Shown piece after piece: positions 57,649-64,000 of a DNA stretch of 64,000 nucleotides; positions within the stretch are counted from its first letter, which is position 1, and each line of letters opens with the position of its first letter. This DNA is from Candidatus Latescibacterota bacterium (GTDB lineage Bacteria > Latescibacterota > UBA2968 > UBA8231): contig OZ244561.1 of the NCBI GenBank assembly GCA_965217585.1, positions 5,792,001 to 5,856,000 on the forward strand, in the 5' to 3' direction. The notes under the pieces are model-generated. The model was not told where the DNA came from. It worked only from the letters and a program-made list of their open reading frames with translations, and did no database searches. The translations under genes were made by a program, and so were the position numbers.

Positions 57649-58656
57649 ATGCCTACTTTTCTCGACTCGACCCCTATCATCGACGACCCGCCCGCGCTCC
57701 GCGCCCGCATGCAGCGCGACGGCCATCTCTTTGTCCGCGGCTTGCTGCCCGCCGACGAACTCGAAGCGCTCAGGCTGAGCTTTTTGGCTATTGTCCGCGA
57801 CGCCGGCTGGGTCCAGGCCGACACGCCGCTCGAGGACGCCATTGCCGACCAAGACGGCTTCTGCGTTGAGCCGACGCCCGAGTATATGGACGTCTATAGC
57901 CGGATGTACGCGCTGCCGCAATTCCACGCCTTGCAGCACCACCCCGCGCTCGTCGGCCTGCTCGAAAAACTGCTCGACGGCCCGGTGTTGCCCCACCCCC
58001 GCCTCATCGGCCGCACCATCTTTCCCAAGCGCGAATCCTTTACCACGCCGCCGCATCAGGACTTCATCCCCATTCAGGGCACAGCCGAAACCTATACAGC
58101 TTGGTTCCCGCTCCACGATTTGCCGCCGACTATGGGTGGGCTGGAGGTGGCCGCTGGTGCGCATCGGGGGGGCGTGTATGAGTTCCAGCCGGCCCTAGGC
58201 GCTGGGGGATTGGCGATTACCGACTCGCTTGAAGGCGCTTGGACCGGCGGCCCTTTCGCGCAAGGGGATGTGCTCTTCTTCCACAGCATGATGCCCCATC
58301 GCGGCGTCCCCAACACCGGCGAGCAACTGCGCCTGTCCATCGACGCCCGCTATCAGCGCGTTGCCGACCCCATCGCCCCAGGTAGCCTGCTGCCGCACAG
58401 CCAGCCCAACACCTGGAAGGCTATCTACGCCGAGTGGCCCGACGACCACTTGCAATACTACTGGCGCGAGCACGAACTGGACGTGGTTGACTACGACGAC
58501 AGCTATCACGAGGAACGCGACCGCCAGGCCCTGGAGCTGGGCGAGCAAGGCGATCCGCTCTCCGTCTCAGTTCTCCAGCGCATCGTCGCCCGCGACAGGG
58601 ACCCCGACAAGCGCCAGCGGGCTGCCGACCTCCTCGCGGCCATCGAGAAAAAATAG
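57649..58656 (+). CDS. PhyH-family dioxygenase (canonical HxD)
   Basis: TPPHQDF, AWFPL, GDVLFFHSMMPH, RLSIDARYQ. Confidence 0.88.
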   Translation: MPTFLDSTPIIDDPPALRARMQRDGHLFVRGLLPADELEALRLSFLAIVRDAGWVQADTPLEDAIADQDGFCVEPTPEYMDVYSRMYALPQFHALQHHPALVGLLEKLLDGPVLPHPRLIGRTIFPKRESFTTPPHQDFIPIQGTAETYTAWFPLHDLPPTMGGLEVAAGAHRGGVYEFQPALGAGGLAITDSLEGAWTGGPFAQGDVLFFHSMMPHRGVPNTGEQLRLSIDARYQRVADPIAPGSLLPHSQPNTWKAIYAEWPDDHLQYYWREHELDVVDYDDSYHEERDRQALELGEQGDPLSVSVLQRIVARDRDPDKRQRAADLLAAIEKK

Positions 58657-58846
58657 CGCTTGATTTGGGGAGATTCTTTAGGAAGTATCGCAAGAGCCGG
58701 CGGCCAGACCGTCGGCTCTTGTTGTTTGATGCCGTCTGTGAGCAGCATCTTGTAAATTGAGTACTTAGGGGCCTAATTTTTTGTCGCAGCAGAAGTAACA
58801 CCTCGCACCGTTATAGGTGTTTAAGTAGTACACCGCCAGGGAATAC

Positions 58847-59320
58847 ATGGACGTAGATACACTGTACCGTCGCTACGGGCCGATGGTCATGCGTCGTTGT
58901 CGGCAATTACTGCGCGACGAAGACCAGGCGCTCGACGCCACTCAGGATGTGTTTGTGCGGCTATTGACGCGGCGCGACCGTCTGCGGGACGACGCGCCCT
59001 CCAGTCTGCTCTATCGCATGGCCACTAACCTCTGCCTCAATCGCATCCGCGATACCCGGCGGCGGAAGACCACGGCCGACTCGACGCTGCTGGAGCAGAT
59101 AGCCTGCTTGGAGGACGCCGAGGGCCAGATAGATGCACGCGCCGTGCTGGCCAAGCTCTTTGGCCAACAGCTTGAGTCAACGCGCACGATGGCCGTTTTG
59201 TACTACGTTGACGGCATGACCTTGGAGGAGGTAGCTAGGGAAGTGGGCATGTCCATATCCGGTGTGCGTAAGCGGTTGCTCGGCCTGCGAGCGTCGCTGC
59301 AAGAGATGGAGAAGCTATGA
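58847..59320 (+). CDS. ECF sigma factor
   Basis: LYRRYGPMV, DATQDVF, LYRMATNLCLN, DGMTLEEVA..GVRKRL. Confidence 0.92.
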   Translation: MDVDTLYRRYGPMVMRRCRQLLRDEDQALDATQDVFVRLLTRRDRLRDDAPSSLLYRMATNLCLNRIRDTRRRKTTADSTLLEQIACLEDAEGQIDARAVLAKLFGQQLESTRTMAVLYYVDGMTLEEVAREVGMSISGVRKRLLGLRASLQEMEKL

Positions 59321-60078
59321 ACCAGCAAGACAAGCGCCCCATAAGCGACTACCAGCTAGAGCGCTACCTGTTGCGCGAGGGTACCGACGACGAATTGGCG
59401 GCTTTGGAACGCCAGTTGGCAGTCGACCCAAAGCTCGCGCAGCGGCTAGCGGCCCTAGAGCGTTCCAACGAGGAATTGCATCGGCGCTATCCACCCGAAT
59501 GGATGCGCGGCCAGATCGAACTAAAACTCAAGCGGGCGCAGGGCCGGCGCGTCCAACGAACGTGGAGTGGGTATCGCCTTTGGGCCGTGCCGGCCGTGGC
59601 CCTGATCCTGGCGGTGGTGGCGGTGCCCACTCTCCTTGACGAAGAAACCTCGGAAGCACCCGCGCTGCGGATCAAGGGCGGCGAACAGGAGCCGAGTTTG
59701 CTGATTTTCCGCAAACTGGCCAGCGGTGCGGAGCGTCTGCAAGACGGAGCCTTGGCCCAAAGCGGGGATTTGGTGCAGCTCGCCTACCGCTCGGGTGGCT
59801 TGCAGTACGGGGCGATCCTGTCCGTCGATGGGCGCGGTACCGTAACTCAACACCTGCCCGCGACTGGAGCAGAAGCCGTGCCGCTGGCGGCGCAGGATAC
59901 TCTCGACGTTGCCTACGAACTGGACGACGCGCCGCGGTGGGAGCGGTTTTATCTGGTGGCGGCCGACCGTCGCTTTGGCCTAGCAGCGGTCAAGGCCAAG
60001 CTGGCCGCCGACGATGTGGCGTTGGGGGATGATATCCGCCTGTACCGATTTACCATAAAGAAACCTAGGGAGCCCTAG
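59317..60078 (+). CDS. Putative anti-sigma factor (ActD-like), single TM, extracytoplasmic DUF4384-like domain
   Basis: LERYLL N-terminus, TM helix, RIKG, GDLVQLAY, LSVDGRG, YELDDAP; ATGA overlap with sigma. Confidence 0.72.
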   Translation: MNQQDKRPISDYQLERYLLREGTDDELAALERQLAVDPKLAQRLAALERSNEELHRRYPPEWMRGQIELKLKRAQGRRVQRTWSGYRLWAVPAVALILAVVAVPTLLDEETSEAPALRIKGGEQEPSLLIFRKLASGAERLQDGALAQSGDLVQLAYRSGGLQYGAILSVDGRGTVTQHLPATGAEAVPLAAQDTLDVAYELDDAPRWERFYLVAADRRFGLAAVKAKLAADDVALGDDIRLYRFTIKKPREP

Positions 60079-60085
60079 CCCCGCC

Positions 60086-60186
60086 TAGGGCAACCACGAG
60101 AGTTGCCCCTACAATGGCGGTTAGCAACCAACGACGATGAGTGGGCGTCGTATTGCCGTTGTAGGGGCGACCTTGTGGTCGCCCTA
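60086..60186. repeat. Inverted GTAG-type REP doublet (REPIN-like)
   Basis: AGGGCAACCACGAGAGTTGCCCCTACA ... TGTAGGGGCGACCTTGTGGTCGCCCT. Confidence 0.8.
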
Positions 60187-60208
60187 TCGTCTCTGAGGAG
60201 TTGTATCC

Positions 60209-62281
60209 ATGTCTTTGGTGCGCGCCTTGTTGATTGTTGTCGCTGCGGTGGGTCTGTCCCAGCCGGTGGAGGCCGAGGTGCGTCGATTGATCCTGGCTGC
60301 GGGGGCCAACAACGGCGGGGTGGATCGCGAACTGCTGCGCTATGCGGTCTCGGACGCGGAACACTTCGTCGAGGTGTTGCAGGAGATGGGGGGCCTGGAC
60401 CCAGCCGATGTATTGCTGTTGCGCGATCCCGACCTAGCCGCCTTCGAGCAGGGGCTGGCCGATCTAGGTCGGCGGGTAAAGGCAGCCAGCCGGCGGGGGG
60501 ACCGCTTAGAGGTGCTGCTGTACTACTCGGGCCACGCCGACGAAGAGGGTTTGCTGTTGGCCGGAGATCACCTTGGCTATCAGCAGTTGCTCGACTCGCT
60601 GAAGACGGCCGAGGTCGCCGTCCGCATCGCCGTCCTCGACGCCTGCAACTCCGGGACCATAACCCGCATCAAGGGGGGCAAGCCGCAGCCGCCCTTTTTG
60701 ATCGATGAGTCCTTCGACATGCGCGGGTACGCCTTCCTCACGTCGAGTTCGGCCGACGAAACGGCGCAGGAGTCGGATCTGATCGAGGCGTCCTTTTTTA
60801 CCCACTATCTAGTTTCCGGGATGCGCGGCGCAGCCGACGTTACCGGCGATGGCCGGGTGACCCTCCACGAGGCGTACCAGTTCGCATTCGATGAGACACG
60901 GGCGCGGACTCTTGGCACCGCCGGGGGCACTCAGCATCCAGCCTATGAGGGCCAGATGCGCGGCACCGGCGGCGTGGTGATGACCGAGGTGCGCCGCAAC
61001 GCTGCGGGCCTGTCGCTGGACGAGACCCTCGCCGGTCGGATCTCTATCCGCAATGCCCAGCAGCGCCTAGTCGCCGAACTGAACAAATCCCCCGGGCGGG
61101 AGGTCGAGCTGGGATTGGTGCCAGGGAGCTATACCCTGTTCTTCGAAACGTGGGACGCGGACTGGTATTTGGCCGAATTGGCCCTGACCGAAGGGGAGTT
61201 CGCCGAGGTGAGTACCGGCGACTTCCGCGTCCTGACCCCAGAGGATACTAAGCGGCGCGGCGGCTCGGGGCGGAGGATTACCTTGGGACGCCAAATCGAG
61301 GTTGCCACCAGCGAGGGCTATACCCTGTCGCTGGGGCTGTTGACCAATACGCAGGACGAGGCGTTCCGCGGCGTCCAGTTCGCTTGGCTGGTCAATCAGG
61401 CGCGCGAGCGGACGGGCAATCAGATCGGCGGGTTGGGCAACTTGGCGCTCAAAGAAGTCGATGGCTGGCAGGCATCCGTCGTAGGCGTCAACTGGGCGAT
61501 GGGGCCGTTGCAGGGTGGACAAGTGGGCTTGATTAATATCGCCTCGCAGGTGCGTGGCTGGCAGGTGGCGCAAACGACCAACGTCGTCGGCAAGATTCGC
61601 GGTTGGCAAGTGGCCGGAGTTACCAATTTCGTCGGCGAGGTCAAGGGCGGTCAGATCGGATTATTGAACGTGGCGAGCGAGGTCAAGGGCTGGCAGGTGG
61701 GCTTGGTCAACCTTTCCGGCCACATCGAGGGCGGCCTGCCCATCGGGTTGATCAACTACTCGCACAGCGGGCTTTTCAACCTCAGCACTTGGCGCGACGA
61801 AGTCGGCTTTACCATGTTCACCCTCGCCTCGGGCAGCCGCTCGTTTTACACCGCTTTTACCACTGGCTTTGCCGACCAAGACGGCCAGCGGCGCTGGGCA
61901 CTGGGCGTGGGAGGTGGGGTGCAGAAGCGCGGGCGGCGGTTTTTCTTGGGCCTCGATGTACATAGCTATCGGATCAGTCGCGCCCTCGATGACGATTACA
62001 AAGCGGGCATTGGGTTTTGGCCACCCTCAGTGGACTTTGGCCTAGACCGATTGGCCCGAGACAACTACTTGGCGCGGATCAAACTTGAGACAGGGATGGT
62101 TCTTGCCGAGGAAATCACTTGGCTCGGTCATCTGTCGCTGTTTGGCGGCGTCTCCTTGAACCAGTTGTGGACCGATGGCCATCTGCGGCTGATCGAGTCG
62201 GATAGCCGCTATGAGAAGGAGTGGGAGGATGGGCTTTTCGCGTGGCCGGGTTTTTTCTTTGGCCTGCGCTACGGGCGTTAG
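60209..62281 (+). CDS. Exported caspase family (peptidase C14) protein with GxQxG beta-solenoid repeats and probable C-terminal beta-barrel
   Basis: Signal peptide, LRYAVSDA, YYSGHA (His), LDACNSG (Cys), FFTHYLVSG, GWQ/GGQIG repeats, GFFFGLRYGR end. Confidence 0.88.
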   Translation: MSLVRALLIVVAAVGLSQPVEAEVRRLILAAGANNGGVDRELLRYAVSDAEHFVEVLQEMGGLDPADVLLLRDPDLAAFEQGLADLGRRVKAASRRGDRLEVLLYYSGHADEEGLLLAGDHLGYQQLLDSLKTAEVAVRIAVLDACNSGTITRIKGGKPQPPFLIDESFDMRGYAFLTSSSADETAQESDLIEASFFTHYLVSGMRGAADVTGDGRVTLHEAYQFAFDETRARTLGTAGGTQHPAYEGQMRGTGGVVMTEVRRNAAGLSLDETLAGRISIRNAQQRLVAELNKSPGREVELGLVPGSYTLFFETWDADWYLAELALTEGEFAEVSTGDFRVLTPEDTKRRGGSGRRITLGRQIEVATSEGYTLSLGLLTNTQDEAFRGVQFAWLVNQARERTGNQIGGLGNLALKEVDGWQASVVGVNWAMGPLQGGQVGLINIASQVRGWQVAQTTNVVGKIRGWQVAGVTNFVGEVKGGQIGLLNVASEVKGWQVGLVNLSGHIEGGLPIGLINYSHSGLFNLSTWRDEVGFTMFTLASGSRSFYTAFTTGFADQDGQRRWALGVGGGVQKRGRRFFLGLDVHSYRISRALDDDYKAGIGFWPPSVDFGLDRLARDNYLARIKLETGMVLAEEITWLGHLSLFGGVSLNQLWTDGHLRLIESDSRYEKEWEDGLFAWPGFFFGLRYGR

Positions 62282-62290
62282 GGGAGCATC

Positions 62291-63838
62291 CTAGCCGTAG
62301 CGGATTAATACCTCGACATCGGTTAGAATCAAATCGCAAGCAAGTTGGGGATGGCGTTGCAAGAGAACGACTTCTAAGCGATGGAGGCCACAGGCGGCTT
62401 GGTCGGCCGTGAGCGCGAAGCTGTACCAGGCGGCGGCGCTGACATCGGAGATAGGTTGGGGGTCGCCGCCGTGGCAATAGCTGATATCCGGGTCGGCTAA
62501 TACCTCGCCGTCCCAGCAGCAGCGAATCTGGTCGCCGGCGACCCATTCTTGCAGGCGCAGACGCAGGATAATGGTCGCCGGTGGGTCTGTACTCAGGTCG
62601 TCGGCGAGGTCGAGGTCGAAGTGGGGGCCGGTTTCCTGCATGGTTGGGTAGAGAGGAACGGGTAGGGTTCCACGCAGCCGGTCGTGCTGGTACGCACCGC
62701 GCCACTCCCCGGTGTGCTGGCGGAAGCGGTGGGTCGCGCTGTAGAGCTTGTCTTGGCGGCGCAAGGTCTGCACCGCGCCCACTTGGGTTAGCAACTCGCG
62801 CTTTGAATCGCGATTGGCGTGCCAGTTGAAGGCGTAGATACCGGTCGCGCCCTGGCCGTGATACTGCATGGCTGTGGCCTTGGTGCGCATGTTGTGGCGG
62901 GCCGCTTCGCCTTCGGGACCGGCAGCCGGGCCGGGGACGCCGCCATCGAAACCTGGGTAGAGGGCGATGTCGCGGTCGGCGCAGAGGGCGCGGAAGGCGC
63001 TGACTTCAATGGCTGGGTCGGTAGCGGCGGCACCGGCTGGGAGCAGGATATCGACGAGGTTTTCCTTTACCCAGGTCTCCACATCGTAGCCAATGCGGTG
63101 ACAGCCCTCGATGGAGCCAGCGACGCGAGCCGCTAGGTAAAAGGGCCGGCCGCGCTGTTGGGCTAGTTCGTTGGTTAGTTGCCGCGCCGCTCGCATGAAG
63201 TCGGTGAGGACGTAGCGCAGGCGATAGGCATAGTCGGCGGGGAAGTGGAAGGGGTGGCGTTGCCAGTCGAGTTCGACGCCATCCCAGGGGTAGTTTTGGC
63301 AGACTTCGCGCAAGTGTTGGAAGCGATTCTCGCGCACTTGGGGGATGGCCATATTCCACGACAGGGCAAACCACTCCTCGGTATCCTCGCCGAGCAGCCA
63401 TTCGGGGTGGTCCTTGCGCAGTTGGGTCAGCTCGGAGTGGTGCAAAGTCTGGAGGTCGCTTAGCTGAGCACCGTTGAAGTGATTGTCGTTCATGCGCAGC
63501 GAGGCATAGACGTGCAGGCCGAGTTGGTGGCCGCGGTCGATGAGCGCCTCGTGGGGGTCTTCGCCGCGCTCCAACATGCGGCGGATGTTTTCAGTGTGGG
63601 TGTAGCTAGCGGCGTTCTCATAGCGGCGCTGGTGGAGGTCGCCGACGAATTCGAGCGCGCCGCTTGGCCAGCGCGTGGCGTGTTCGCCCACGCACCAAAA
63701 CAGGGCACCGACTTGGGTGTCTTCGAGAGGGGCATACGTCTTGTCGAGAAAGGCGTCCATGGACTGGGGAACGGGCGAGTAGCCGTGGGGTGCGCCGTCC
63801 CAGTTGTAGATGATGCCGTAGTCAGGGGGATGGGACAT
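62291..63838 (-). CDS. TIM-barrel glycoside-hydrolase-like protein (GHL10-like), paralog of 50691..52274
   Basis: IYNWDG, GEDPH, SLRMND, HPEW, DGVELDW, YDVETWVKENLVD. Confidence 0.72.
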   Translation of the reverse strand: MSHPPDYGIIYNWDGAPHGYSPVPQSMDAFLDKTYAPLEDTQVGALFWCVGEHATRWPSGALEFVGDLHQRRYENAASYTHTENIRRMLERGEDPHEALIDRGHQLGLHVYASLRMNDNHFNGAQLSDLQTLHHSELTQLRKDHPEWLLGEDTEEWFALSWNMAIPQVRENRFQHLREVCQNYPWDGVELDWQRHPFHFPADYAYRLRYVLTDFMRAARQLTNELAQQRGRPFYLAARVAGSIEGCHRIGYDVETWVKENLVDILLPAGAAATDPAIEVSAFRALCADRDIALYPGFDGGVPGPAAGPEGEAARHNMRTKATAMQYHGQGATGIYAFNWHANRDSKRELLTQVGAVQTLRRQDKLYSATHRFRQHTGEWRGAYQHDRLRGTLPVPLYPTMQETGPHFDLDLADDLSTDPPATIILRLRLQEWVAGDQIRCCWDGEVLADPDISYCHGGDPQPISDVSAAAWYSFALTADQAACGLHRLEVVLLQRHPQLACDLILTDVEVLIRYG

Positions 63839-63905
63839 AGGTCAGCTCCTTTGCGAATTGGTGTCAAAGTACGGAGATTGTCAGAGGCGGGCAATGGAGG
63901 TCAGT

Positions 63906-64000
63906 ATGGCGACAAAGTGGATGCTCTGCATGGCGTTGGTCGGTTGCGGACTGGATAATCCCCAAGGGCCGACCGATCTGCCCAAGGATCCGTGGAAGCG
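63906..64000 (+). CDS. Partial lipoprotein (runs off window)
   Basis: GGAGG RBS; MATKWMLCMALVGC lipobox. Confidence 0.5.
   Translation, partial: MATKWMLCMALVGCGLDNPQGPTDLPKDPWK

Noticed and set aside
1-64000. tRNA, rRNA, riboswitches
   Set aside because: None recognised by eye; a covariance-model scan would be needed to exclude small RNAs

Overview
A GC-rich bacterial chromosomal window. The gene content (many PhyH-type Fe(II)/2OG dioxygenases, Gfo/Idh/MocA oxidoreductases, TIM-barrel epimerases, WD40/Ig proteins with NYPNPFN-type C-terminal domains) resembles Latescibacterota/Gemmatimonadota/Poribacteria-like, often sponge-associated bacteria; this taxonomy is inference. A catabolic backbone is punctuated by small accessory cassettes: an orphan DNA methyltransferase, AAA+TOPRIM-like pair, HsdR-N protein, ABC transporter, TA modules and relics, a WD40 metalloprotease, and three IS elements. 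No rRNA, tRNA or CRISPR array was seen. Main observations: (1) Integrase-free cassettes sit right behind backbone genes and are closed by a 50-80 bp, slightly diverged second copy of that gene's 3' end. This occurs at three independent loci, and behind argE three stacked fragments appear in reverse order over 9 kb. (2) An intact IS110 has a bridge RNA whose four guides can be read directly against its REP target and its own ends, with a TT/CT core mismatch; it is nested in a REP doublet inside a putative MITE. (3) Three PhyH paralogs carry HxG instead of HxD/E. (4) There is an ECF sigma / membrane anti-sigma / exported caspase operon. Product calls come from motif recognition by eye; no database searches were run.
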